Shown here one piece after another: positions 12,566 through 25,440 of a DNA stretch of 64,000 bases. Each line of letters starts with the position of its first letter. Position 1 is the stretch's first letter. A model generated the notes under the pieces. That model was given only the letters and a program-made list of their open reading frames with translations. It was not told where the DNA came from and did no database searches. The position numbers were made by a program, and so were the translations under genes. The stretch lies in the NCBI RefSeq assembly GCF_006345805.1, contig NC_042997.1:135160001-135224000 (forward strand), written 5' to 3'. The stretch is from Octopus sinensis (taxonomy: Eukaryota).

Positions 12566-13069
12566 TTTCGTAATTCAGTTTTGTGAAATTTATATATATT
12601 ATATTTTTATCTATCTATTTATTCATTGCAGAAAAAAAACTAAAAGCCTTTTAAATAATCTAAATGTTAATGGACAATTTTCTATACAAATGTTTTTTTT
12701 TATTTATGCACCCTTTTCAAGCTGAGCCAGGCTCATGGGCCCAGTTTCCTAGTTTCTATGGTGTATGTGTCCCCCCCCCCAGCTGGACGGGACGCTAGTC
12801 CATCGCAGCGTTAATTCAGCGTTAATTTCGTAATTCAGTTTTGTGAAATTTATATATATTATATTTTTATCTATCTATTTATTCATTGCAGAAAAGAAAC
12901 TAAAAGCCTTTTAAATAATCTAAATGTTAATGGACAATTTTCTATACAAATGTTTTTTTTTATATTTTTGCGCCCTTTTCAAGCCGCACCAGGCTCATGG
13001 GCCCAGTTTCCTAGTTTCTATGGCGTATGTGTTCCCCCCAGCTGGACGGGACGCTAGTCCATCGCAGCC
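12566..13069. repeat. 260-bp-period direct tandem duplication including a SINE tail
   Basis: 12566-12809 is near-identical to 12826-13069; the junction reads cagcgttaatt-cagcgttaatt-tcgtaattcag. Confidence 0.9.
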
Positions 13070-13272
13070 TTACTCAAGAAACAGGAAGAAAGGGTGAGAT
13101 AAAGTTGGGGCGAAAGAGTACAATAGGGGTCGCCACCACACCCTGCCGGAGCCTCGTGGCGCTTTAGGTGTTTTTGCTCAATAAACATACACAACGCCCG
13201 GTCTGGGAATCGAAACCGCAATCCTCCGACCGCGAATCCGCTGCCCTAACCACTGGGCCATCTCGCCGCCAC
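12973..13272 (-). mobile_element. tRNA-derived SINE (family 1), full length
   Basis: Minus-strand head 'tggcccagtggttagggcagcggattcgcggtcggaggattgcggtttcgattccc' with A and B boxes; same head at 39281-39407. Confidence 0.85.
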
Positions 13273-14578
13273 ATACAAATGTTAACCAAGTAAATTTCGT
13301 GATTAGTGATGGATCAATTTTGTGTTTTATGGTCTAATTAGGATGCAGGAGCAGTGCTTATAATCTTTTTTTATATTTCGAGACTAATTTCCGAGCTTGA
13401 ATATTTGCTAGCCAGAAATCGTGGGCCAAAAGAGAATTCAGTAATGATAACATTCTAGAAAGGAAGTATTGCGTAAATGATGCGCTACAAGTGGAAGTGA
13501 GACTGGTATGTTAGGTGAGCCTATGTGAAGTTTGTATGCAATTGCATAGGAATAAAGGCATAAAACACATCAAATTTTCAAAAAATACAATGGACACAAG
13601 TACGAAAGTATACAAACATGGTTAGGAAAATCGCTACGAAATTGGAGTGAGATTCCTAATTGAAGTGCATAAAAAAAACTGGAAAAAATTTCAGTCCAAA
13701 TAGTTCTAAAATACGTTCATTTCAACGTTACAATGGAAGGTAGCACCCAAATAGGTTCCTAATTATCTAAAAGCCTGAAGGTACGATGTGGCAACACAAT
13801 GTTCATTGACTGTCTGCTTATCACTAACGCACCCACAACCGAATTCAGAACACACCAATAAAAAGAAAAATCACAAAAACAACCACAACAAAAGTGCAAG
13901 AATGAATCCCCCCAAAAATACAGGAATTTAAAAAGCAGCAAACCAAAATTGTTCTGTCAGTAACTGTACTGATGTTCGAAAGAGAATCATATAAATTTAT
14001 AAAGTAGGCAATTTTGGAAGAAAACTAGCATTGATATTTTAGAGAGGCATTTGTGAGATGCCCCGTCAAGAACCTAAATTACTATAGGAAAATAAAGAGA
14101 AGTTCATCGTTTCATACATGCTTTTGACTCAAGTTTTAGTTCAGCTCAAATCGCTCAATAGACATCTGCTTTATATTTTATAAGATCATATGACTCGTAC
14201 GTCATAAAAATAACGGAATACGATAACCTTCAGACGTTCTTGATAATAATCAATATTATGTTGAATTTAACGATATTGTGTGGCAAATCTCCGCAGAGGC
14301 GGACAACGAAATGTTTTGGGATATTTAGCTATGTCATTTTACGTTCTGATCTCAAACTCCACCGAAGTCAGCTGTTAACTCTTAACTCCTCTATAACATT
14401 TATAGTCGCATGCATTTTAGAAATACTATGTCAAAAGCAGTGGAAATGAGGAAAATAGTAGAATGATTGATTAAATTATCTAACATGATTGTTATCTTTT
14501 ATAACTGAATTGGATGACCAGTTAGAAATTAAGTATCATGGCTCCGTACACAAAATACTATCCGCCACAAAACAAGAA

Positions 14579-14740
<162 letters not shown>

Positions 14741-14989
14741 CAAATAGATATAGATATAGATATACATACATCTATATGTATGTATATCATAGATACATAC
14801 ATGCATACCTACGTGAGGAGGTACTGAATCGTTCTTGGCTTTACGTAAAAGTACATACAAGAGAATCAGTTATGATATTATCCACCATATTCCCCTCTCA
14901 AATTCACACACTTATTGCAGCGGGCTTTCAGTTTCTCTAAACCTTGTAAAAGAACACGGAGGTTTGGGCTTCCAGCCAGGCTTTTTGCG

Positions 14990-15034
<45 letters not shown>

Positions 15035-15540
15035 ATACACGCATATATGTATAATGAATCCAAGAACATCATTCGGTTGATTTAGCGAGAAGTAAATAGG
15101 TAGATGGAACAAATTCTCTCCAGCATTTAGCTCAAAGATGCGCAAAATCCTACTTCTGCCTTGTCTATCAATATTATAGTGACTTCTCCAATTTGGAGTT
15201 GACTGGTTTCTTATCACTTCCAGCCAAGTATTCATAGTTCACTTGCCTGTCCTCTCGTCACCTGTATGATGTCTACCGATACAACACCTAAACCAACCAA
15301 TACACCCACTATATCCTCCTTAGAATGTTGATACTCAATGATCCCTTTTCTTGCAGAGCTTTATTTTTTACTGTTACTTTCTACATACAAGAGGAATATT
15401 AATTGATTTCCCCGAGGCAGTGAACGTCATGGACAGAACCCTAAAACCGATAAAATGTGTGTGCTAGCAAATTATAGTAAATATTTGGAATATTTACGAG
15501 GATAACTTAATAAAATGTTTCCTTTACGCTATCTAAAAAT

Positions 15541-15786
15541 GGCAAAAACTTTAGCACGCCTGGCGAAATGCTTAGCAGTATTTCGTCTGCCGCTACGTTC
15601 TGAGTTCAAATTCCGCCGAGGTCGACTTTGCCTTTCATCCTTTCGGGGTCAATAAATTAAGTACCAGTTACGCACTGGGGTCGATATAATCGACTTAATC
15701 CGTTTGTCTGTCCTTGTTTGTCCTCTCTGTGTTTAGCCCCTTGTGGGTGGTAAAGAAATAGGTATTTCGTCTGTCTTTACGTTCTG
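15541..15786 (+). mobile_element. tRNA-derived SINE (family 2) plus start of a second tandem unit, interrupted by a LINE
   Basis: 'ggcgaaatgcttagc...gagttcaaattccgccgaggtcgactttgcctttcatcctttcggggtc'; the second unit resumes at 19480. Confidence 0.85.
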
Positions 15787-18700
15787 TGTCAGGTCTCCGC
15801 TTGCAGCTATTGGTAACATGTAACCCATACAACCTGTTACATGGTCGGGTCGTTGGCGACTAAACTGGCAACCCCCACCAAGATTTCTTGGTGAGGAGGG
15901 TGATTTGGACACCCAGCAGGACTAAAAACAAAACCTGTCAAAGGGCAGAGGAACTCTCTCATGAGTCAATGGCCATCCAAAAACCTACATAAACCCGGAG
16001 TGGAGCCCCTAAGGCGGTTGGATTGTGCCATGCGTGCCACTTTCCGGCAGCTCCTGCATCCTGGTCTACCCCCAGCCGTCTTGACTCTGTCTTGCCACTG
16101 GATTCGGCGCACCAGGACGAGAGAGTGAGGCTGATCCTGCGCAAGTCACCCTCACTATAATCCAAGTCACGCGCACGTCATGACATCATGACACCAACAT
16201 CACAAAGTCCTGTGGCGATGGGGAAACGGCGAAGTAGCAGGTGAGGATACACTGGGAGCTGCAGTCGTGAACCCACACACAGGCGGCTCAGGACATGTTG
16301 TCGCCCCTCACTGAACTGAGGCAGCAGTGGAGTCCGGCAGCCTCCTGAGTGACCGAGCAGCCCTCTTCAGGATCGCTCTGCTCGCCTCTCGCAGCATGAG
16401 GACGGGGCTAGAAAAGGATGCCCTAAACATAGCCTGCCTCACCCATCCTGGTCAGCAAACTGCGGCTGGCGGGGATCCTTTCCAAGCGGTCGAAACAAAG
16501 AAAGAAAACGAACAAAGGTGCTCACTTTCGCAACTTGGAACATGAGAACTCTGCTTGACAACACCAAAGCGGACAGACCAGAGAGACGAACTGCCCTGGT
16601 GGCCAGAGAACTGAGCCGATACAATGTCGATATCGCAGCACTGAGCGAGACCCACCTTGCGGACAAAGGCCTGGGAAGCTCATCCTCCTTGGGGAGTTTA
16701 ACGCCCGTGTCGGGACTGACGACCAAGCCTAGCATCGCGTACTGGTAAAGCAAGGAATCGGAAAGTGCAACAACAACGGGCAGCTCCTCCTGCGGGCGTG
16801 CGCCTCTCATGATCTTACCATCACCAACACCTTGTTCCGTCTGCTAACACGCGACAAGACATCATGGATGCATCCACGCTCCAAACACTGGCATCTGATA
16901 GATTACGTCATCTTCAGGGCGAAAGACAGGCGGGACGTGAGACTGGTCAAAGCCATGTGTGGAGCTGATTGCTGGACGGACCATCGCCTCATCATTTCCA
17001 GGGTAGATTTCTACATCCAACCTAAGAGAAGACCACAGGGTCAGAAAGTGACGAGGAAGCTTAACATCACGAAATTAAAGAACCAGCTGACTGCACAAGA
17101 TCTCCAGTCACGTATGGACAGCAAGCTGTTGGACATTCGGAATGACCAGTCCAGCATCGATGAGCAGTGGGACTCATTCAGGGACACGGTTCATTCCATC
17201 GCCCTTGAAACTCTAGGCCAAGTTACGAGGAACCACCAGGACTGGTTCGACGAAAACGACCTGGAAATCCAAAAGCTCCTGGAAGAGAAACGCCGTCTGC
17301 TGCGGGCCCACCAAAATGCCACCACCTGCACGGCAAAGAAGGCTGCTTTCAACAACATTCGCAGCACAGTCCAGGCAAAACTCCGCCTCATGCAAGACGC
17401 ATGGCTAAGCGCCAAGGCGGATGAGATTCAGGGATACGCAGACAAACACGACACCAAGAAATTCTACGAGGCGCTGAGAGCTGTCTATGGACCACAGTCC
17501 TCCTTTGGATCACCCCCCCCCTGCTCAGCTCGGATGGAACCTCACTCCTGACTAACAAGAGGCTGATCCTGGAGAGATGGGCGGAGCATTTCATCATCGT
17601 GCTCAACCGACCAGCCCAGATCAACGAGGAAGCCATCGCACGACTCCGCCAGGTGCCGACAAACCACTAGCTGGCTGTTCCCCCTGCAGTCGAGGAAGTG
17701 AGCAGAGCCATCAAAAAAATGTCCACCGGCAAAGCTCCGGGCTCTGACGCCACCCCTGCAGAGGTGTTCAAGTCGGGCGGCCCCACCATGATCAGTCAGC
17801 TCATCAGCCTGTTCCAGTCGATGTGGGACAGGGAACAACTCCTTCAAGATTTCCGGGACGCAGCAATCGTCCACATTTATAAGCGGAAAGGAGATCGGCA
17901 GTCCTGCGACAACCACCGAGGAATCTCCCTCTTGTCCATAGCAGGCAAGATCCTGGCCCGAGTCCTGCTTGACCGCCTTCTGGAACACTTGGAGCAAGGC
18001 CTTCTCCCTGAGAGCCAGTGTGGCTTCCGCGCGGGTCGAGGGACCACTGACATGATATTCGCCGCCCGCCAGCTCCAGGAGAAATGTATGGAGCAGCACC
18101 TTGACCTCTGCATAACCTTTGTTGATCTCACCAGGGCTTTCGATACAGTCAGTCGGGAGGGACTCTGGAAGGTCATGGGAAAATTTGGTTGCCCCAACAA
18201 ATTTATTGCAATTGTCCGCCAGTTCCACGACGGAATGACAGCCAGAGTTCTTGAAGACGGCAACTCATCTGAAGTCTTCCAGGTGACCAACGGAGTCAGG
18301 CAGGGCTGTGTCCTGGCCCCAACACTGTTCAGCATCATGTTCTCGGCAATGCTGTCCGACGCCTTCAAGGACTGCAAGTCTGGTATCGACATCAAGTACA
18401 GGACGGACGGGATATTTTTCAACTGCAGAAGATTGCAGGCCGTCACAAAGGTGAGGGAGACAGTTGTCAGAGGCTTTCTCTTTGTTGACGACTGCGCCCT
18501 TAATGCAATCGCTGAGCAGGAGATGCAGCTCGGGATGGACAGGTTCTCATCAGCCTGTGACAACTTCGGTCTCACCATCAGTGCCAAGAAAACCGAAGTG
18601 ATGTTTCAGCCAGCCCCCGGCAAACAATACTATGAGCCCCACTTAAAGGTGAACGGACGGATCCTACGAGCGGTGGAAAACTTCACCTACCTGGGCAGCA

Positions 18701-19479
18701 CTCTCTCCTGCAATGCCAACATAGATGCTGAAATCATCAACAGAATCTCCAAGACAAGCAGCGCGTTTGGGAGACTGCGAAAGAAAGTCTGGGAGCGGAG
18801 AGGAATCAGCCTCAACACGAAGCTGAAAGTCTACCGGGCAGTCGTGCTTACCACCCTACTATACGGCTGCGAGACGTGGACTGCTTACCGAAGGTACGAG
18901 CGCCAGATAAACCACTTCCACCTCAGGTGTCTTCGGAACCTCCTTCACATCCGCTGGCAGGACAAAGTCCCAGACACGGAAGTTCTGAAGCAGGCAGATC
19001 TCCCTAGCACCATCACGATCATGCGCAAGGCCAAGCTGAGGTGGGCAGGCCACGTCTCCCGCATGTCCGACACTCGCATCCCAAAACAGCTCTTCTACGG
19101 TGAACTCAGCCAGGGCAAACGCAAAGTCGGAGGGCAGAAGAAGCGCTTCAAGGACAGTCTCAAAGTCTCTCTCAAAGACTTCTCCATCGGCACAGAGACT
19201 TGGGAGACACTTGCTGCCGACCGCTCATCCTGGCGCAGCGCAATCACCACAGGAGCAAAGACAGCCGAGGAGAGACGGATTCAGTCAGCAGAACAGAAAC
19301 GCCAGATGCGGAAAGCCAGAGCCACCTTCACCAATAGCACAGCCCCTACCCACTTCTGCCCCCACCTGTGGGAGGGGCTTTCTTGCCCGGATTGGCCTCA
19401 CCAGCCACCTCCGGTCTCATAGCAGCAATACCACCAAATGATGTCAATGGTCATCTTCGAACCCGAAGGACGAACATTA
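15787..19479 (+). mobile_element. Near full-length RTE/BovB-like LINE (~3.7 kb) with 8-bp TSD ACGTTCTG
   Basis: About 730-bp 5' UTR, EN-RT coding region, and a 3' end 'gtcatcttcgaacccgaaggacgaaca'. ACGTTCTG lies at 15779-15786 and 19480-19487. GC-rich against AT-rich flanks. Confidence 0.93.
16518..19441 (+). pseudogene. Disrupted RTE endonuclease-reverse transcriptase ORF ending in a C2H2-like finger
   Basis: Motifs: 'TFATWNMRTL', 'IAALSET', 'LILLGEFNARVG', 'WMHPRSKHWHLIDY', 'RGISLLSIAGK', 'GVRQGCVLAP', 'FVDDCAL' and 'CPTCGRGFLARIGLTSHLRSH'. Lesions: internal EN deletion at ~16671, TAG at 16730 and 17668, and frameshifts in poly-C runs at ~17513-17521 and ~19360. Confidence 0.92.
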
Positions 19480-19630
19480 ACGTTCTGGGTTCAAATTCCG
19501 CCGAGGTCGACTTTGCCTTTAATTCTTTTTTTTGGGGGGGGGGCGATACATAAAGTAGTGCGGTCGATCTAATTGACTGGCCTCCTCCCCCAAAAAATTC
19601 GGGCCTTGAGCCTAGAGTGGAAGAGAATTA
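19480..19630 (+). mobile_element. Remainder of the family 2 SINE split by the RTE insertion
   Basis: 'acgttctgggttcaaattccgccgaggtcgactttgccttt' continues the sequence interrupted at 15786. Confidence 0.85.
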
Positions 19631-21595
19631 TTTATTCGGAGATTATACTGGATCTTTGAATATATTTGCAAGTTTGCTGTTCACCTTTGAGGTATGTATA
19701 CTTTAATTAGATCTGTGGTAACAGCTTGTGCTACGTAAATGGTTCGATTTCCACCTATCACTTGACAATTAGAAAGCTTGTAAAAATTAGTACATAAGAA
19801 ACAGAATACATTAAGAGATATTACGCATGCAATTTTCTTTTCTAATTTGTAGTCTGTCCGAACAAGGGCCTGTATGTGACAAAAGCATAAGAAGATTGAT
19901 TCAGTCTTAATTTAAATTTGCCTGGCAGATTTAACTATCACTTGTTTCGAAACAGTCAATTAGCTGTTCGGTATTTTGTAGTTGCATTAACATCAGCTTC
20001 ATCATTAATGCAACCAAGGTTCTTCATCAGGGGTTCTTGTACTTTCTCTTTTCACTGTTTGTCGGAAAGTCCAAGAGGAAAATTTAATTTCGTTGGCTTC
20101 CATATCAGTTGTCGGTTAATTATTTTTCAGTTTTCATAACTATTGCCCAGTAAGTATAGCATTTAGAGTAGACCCATTATCAAAATTAATCTGCTGTCTC
20201 TGCTTCTTCCAAAACTTCTGTAATCACCAGCGGCTGTTATGTTATTCCACAGCCTGTATATGAATATATAAATTATAATCAGTTCGCTTCATTCCCGCCT
20301 CTCTTCTCCCCCTCTCTCAACTCTCTCACTTCTCTCTCCCCACTCTCTCTCTCTCTCTCTCAAGTTATTATTCTTGATGAATTTGATGAATACAATTTCT
20401 CATCGGCCTAACTCTCCTCACAGAAGTCTTTACTAAATTTGTAATATCTTTCTCCTCACTACTTCTCGAGTAACAGTCATAATTAAAAAATGAACCAACT
20501 TGTTGCATGTTCATCTCTAGCTTCTGCTCTTCAAGCAGATCCCTAAATCAGAATAAATTACAAGTAAATTCTAACCATCCATACGTGCACAGCTATAACC
20601 TACTATAAACTTCATTAAATACTGAGTTCTCCATTATATTCAGTAGATGGTACTACACGCTACCGATTTACAGGGTTGCAATCAACAGAGCAGTGCTGTC
20701 AGGAAGACACAAACCGTCATTTCTTTAATTTGTAAATATAAATCTATATTGACTCAGATATCCAAATATTTTGAAAGCATAAACAATATCTTATATATCA
20801 GTCTCCAAATAAATTTATTTATAAAATATACTCGGATCACATAGATTTTTTCAAATCATTAAAATTAGTCTATTTATTATTCATTATCTAAAAACTCATG
20901 TACGTGAATAATTTCTCGATTCGTAAGAAACGTCGAGACATTTTAAAATTTCGTCAGCTTTATGTTACAAATATATGCTTTCCCAACGTGTATATGCATA
21001 TCATTTCTGAAATAAATGACTAAATGTGTTTTCTTTTCTTGCCAGGAACTTAATCCTCCTACTGCCTGAATAAATGATTTAGTTTAGAGTTTGTTGATTC
21101 AGAAACCTAAGTGAAAATCCCATATATCCACGTTCAAAGTACAAAATCGTATAATTTGTTAGATCATAGCGACCTATTGAACGGCTAGATGTAAAAATCT
21201 AATAAATAATGCAAGCTATCGCTTACGATATTTTGAATTCAATATTGCATCTATAATAATACTGATGGTAAAACAACAACGTTGACAACGTCCGCGATTA
21301 CGATGATGACGATGACGACGACGAAAAGGATGACACGATGACAACGATGATGAATATACTTTCTGAACAAACAAACAATACAATTTTGAACATAGAGATT
21401 AGAATAATGCATCGAATAATGCATTCTTTACTTTTGTCTTTGCTGTCTTTGTTGCCGCGAATTGTTATTATATTTCTTACTTTCCATTTCATTCTTTACT
21501 GATCGTATTCATTTCCTGTCTCTTTTCTTTCTTCCCTTTTCTCCATTTCTCCATTTATGTATTTATGTACCTTATAAGAACAGCATCTATATATA

Positions 21596-21641
<46 letters not shown>

Positions 21642-21924
21642 CAGGCGTTCGTTTCGTAAACAGATAGACCCGGATTCTGTCCCACTCGGTTCGCATTGGA
21701 AAGTATCTTCTATCATTTTTTCTAACGCTTTGCTGGGAGAATTTAGGTGACAGGAACTGCATGAAATTCTGTCATAAGCGTGTATTTGTGTGTATGACAA
21801 TATTTAAGGTTATTATTTTAATACAATTTTAAGAATAATAATAGCATATTCCCTACCGGAGTAAACTAGTATTAAAATGAGAGCCAAATTTATATATACA
21901 TACATATATATATATATTATATAT

Positions 21925-22001
<77 letters not shown>

Positions 22002-23171
22002 TGTGTGTGTGTGTGTATGTATGCATGTATGTATGTATGTATATATGTATGTATGTATGTATGTATTTCCTGTCGAGAAAACTAATCGACAATCTGATGC
22101 TTCTGAACAAAAAATTATAGGGTGATATTTCTTTCACCTGACGCAATCTCGCTATTTTCCTCATAGTATATATATATTTATGAAATCAGCAATTGATTTA
22201 TGTGAAACTTATAAACGAACGACGCTATTATTCACTAAATGCAATATTAAGTAAATAATAGCCCATCCTTTTAATAATTATTGCCTACTTTTTTTATTCA
22301 CCGGTTTTCTTGTCTTCTTTCGTTATTACTTCCTTTTATTTCTTCATTGCTTTCTTTCAGCCATCTGTCAGTTCATCTTGATTGCCTACTAAACACAATC
22401 TCATATGCATACAGAATATTATGAAAAACGTGCGCATCATATTACAACCGGTATTGCAGACAGCAGCGATGAAAACTAACACCACAAGGCATGCTTAGAC
22501 AATGTATTATCACATATACATTATACTACTACTACTACTAATAATAATAATAACAATAATAATGATAACGATGATTCTAGTAAAAAGTAGTCAGACCGGG
22601 TAGAAACATACTTGAAAGTATGTATAAAAAGCGGTTGCTTTTGTGAATTCCTGCAATATAACTTGAAGGAGCGTATAAACGTGGAACTGTGATGGAAGTT
22701 GATGAAATATTTCATACTGTATTGAGCCTGTATTTAAACGAGAAACTGAAATGAGAAAATATTGCTATCTAAGTTTCGCTCATTAATCGTTTGAGGAAAG
22801 GGATTATATTTTCGCTTTCGATGCATATTCAAATAACGTAAGGCTGCGACGATGTTTACAATACATTACAATAACTTCACTAACTGACAAATATAAACAT
22901 ACATGCATATATTTGTATGTTTGTACATATATATGTATAATGAATTTTCATAGGTCTATAGATGCTTTCGTAAAAGAAATTAACATTATTTATTACTTAA
23001 TAATACACATACAATGGACTGGCTATATGCTTTTTTTATTTTCTTATGTCTTGGGAAACACATCTACTGGTTACTTGAAACTGTATCTGGATTTCCAATA
23101 GGTAAGTCAAACGTTTACTATATCTAAATGTCTAAGATATCTTTGAATGCATATCGGTCTATAGGTGTACA

Positions 23172-23211
<40 letters not shown>

Positions 23212-23738
23212 CATTTATACACGTGTTTGTGTGTGCGTGTGATATGCGTATGTGTGTGTATTTACATATATTTGTATTCATTTCGATCAACTTAATTTTA
23301 TATATTACCACACTGCTGTTTGTCTGAATTCATGTATTACAATTACAAAAACAAAATCCCCATGACAAGCCATTTCCCTGCAAAATACGTAGACCACAAC
23401 TTCTATAATGTTTATGATTTTTTTAATTGCTTAAAAATCAAAAGAAATTGATCTTTTCAGTGTAGACGACTAACAGGCCTTTTTTAGTGAAATCTTAACT
23501 CCGAATTTCGGGAGACCAATCTGCAAATTCGACCACTTAGGCCATCTTTCTTGTTGCTATAAAAATACTTTAATTCTTACAAACCTATAGATTTATTAGG
23601 ATTGTGTATAACCGATCAATTATTTTTTAACTATTTTAACACCAAGCCTCCTAGGACTTCACCTGATTCAATTTTACAAGTTATCCGTTTAAAATGATAT
23701 AAAGTAAAACCTTTCGTCGAAATTTCACGTTTATTTAA

Positions 23739-23887
23739 GGCGTGGCTGTGTGGTAAGAATCTTGCTTCCCAACGACATGGTTCCGGGTTCAATCCAATCG
23801 GAGTGCGTGGCAGTTTGGACAAGTATCTTCTACTATATACTCGGGTTGATCAAAGCCTTGTGAGTGTACTTTGTAGACGGAAACTGA
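23739..23887 (+). mobile_element. tRNA-derived SINE (family 3), 5' part
   Basis: 'ggcgtggctgtgtggtaagaatcttgcttcccaacgacatggttccgggttcaatcc...gtagacggaaactga'; homologous to 47974-48359. Confidence 0.8.
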
Positions 23888-23892
23888 TAATA

Positions 23893-24331
23893 CGTCGCCG
23901 TGAGCGGTACATCATTTGTACGATGTGGAAAATATACCGCCAACTTTGCCCAAACGACCTAAACATTAGCTTCAAGGTTCATCCAAGACTTGGACCACGA
24001 GCTATACGTCCCCTGCCAAATTCAAGATCACAACATATATGTACACTGCAACATAATTTCTTTTCCTCAACAGGCCCTGCCCTATTTAACATTGTCCCGA
24101 GGGAGATCAAAGAGGAAAAGGATCCCATCAACTTTAAACAGAGCCTGGATAGATTCCTTCAAAGAATACCAGATAAGCCACCCATAATTGGATACAACTC
24201 ACCCAACAAGAACTCACTACTTGAACAAAACTTGACTTAAACAGGATTCGAATAATCCTATCAGGTGGTGCTATTAAGTTAGACATGGCCTGGACCAATC
24301 TCTGGTCGAAACATATCTAAGTTTTATCTAA

Positions 24332-24336
<5 letters not shown>
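23893..24336 (+). mobile_element. CR1-like LINE 3' end, 5'-truncated
   Basis: 'RRERYIICTMWKIYRQLCPN...HPRLGPRAIRP...HNFFSSTGPALFNIVPREIK...FKQSLDRFLQRIPDKP..GY...NSL*', followed by a short UTR and a tandem (ATCTAAGTTTT)2 tail. Confidence 0.8.
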
Positions 24337-24379
<43 letters not shown>

Positions 24380-24394
24380 TTAGATATATATAAA

Positions 24395-24626
24395 TAGGTG
24401 AATGAATTATCCTATGTTTATCGTCAGCATGGAAAATTCGTTTAACCGAAACCTGGGTAGCAAATTCACGTCAGAAACACGATTGAAGCGACCTGTCCAA
24501 GGGTAGAAACTCCGGGTTCATGTGCAGTAATTTGTGTGTTGTATATGAATAAATGAAAGAATGGAGTCGAACGAAGATGTTAACAAAATTCCTTTACTCT
24601 CGACATATGTTTCGAAGACAACATGT

Positions 24627-24631
<5 letters not shown>
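24395..24631 (-). mobile_element. Non-coding repeat carrying a truncated hammerhead (family B), second copy
   Basis: The reverse complement is highly similar to 32057-32297. It keeps TCTTC-GAAACATATGTC-GAGAGTAAAGG but lacks the CTGATGA half. Both ends lie in (TA)n. Confidence 0.8.
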
Positions 24632-24705
<74 letters not shown>

Positions 24706-25440
24706 TGTATGTATGTATGTATGTATAAAAGAATAAAGAATATAAAAAAGAAGAAAAAGAAAAGTTAATAGTTGCTTATTATTAACAGTAAATTAACCAT
24801 CATCCCTCGGAGCTATTTCAGACTGCATGGACGCAGTCTGATGACTGAAACAAGTAAAGCATAAAAGAGAGCAATGCCAAGTGTTAAATGCAGTTCAATG
24901 GAAACTGCCATTGCTTTGGGCAGTATTTTGAAAATTTGTTTCAACGCAGACGCCAGTTTCTTAGTTGGGCATGTTTGCTATTCTACAGTTTCTCTTTGGT
25001 TCTCTATTTCGATTGCATATTGTTCTTTCTGTATTATTTATCCAACGGAGGAGGGAAGAGGCCATGCTCTTTTTCAAGGCCTTTGATAAACGATGGGGTT
25101 AATGGTGAGACAAAAGTCGATTTGTGGCCTAGTGCAGCATAGAGGACATTACTGTTATTATCATTATTAAGGCAGTGATGGCGATCTGATAAATTCACCA
25201 ACGCATAGGACGGAATGCTTAGCGACATTTCCTCCCACTCTTTATGTTCTGACGTTGAATTATCCCCTGGTCAAATTTGCTTTTCATTCTTTCCGTGTGA
25301 ATAAAATTTGAAAGAATTATTATCATTATTATTTGGTAGTAGAGACGGTGAGCTGGAAGAATCCTTATCACACCGGGCAAAATGCTTAGTGGCGTCTCGT
25401 CCGATAGGTTGCCTCCTACCGTTCCTGCTGAACGTACGGA

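Noticed and set aside
15787-16510. Possible HDV-like ribozyme in the RTE 5' UTR
   Set aside because: Several simple hairpins exist (catgtaac/gttacatg, caccaag/cttggtg, gagctgc/gcggctc), but I could not build the nested double pseudoknot. A descriptor search is needed.
19843-19966. ctaatt...gaacaag/cttgttt-GAAACAGTC-aattag hammerhead-like arrangement
   Set aside because: The CUGANGA core is not recognisable next to stem I.
24440-24480. GAAACCTGGGTA on the opposite strand of the family B repeat
   Set aside because: No matching CUGANGA or stem II partner within the element.
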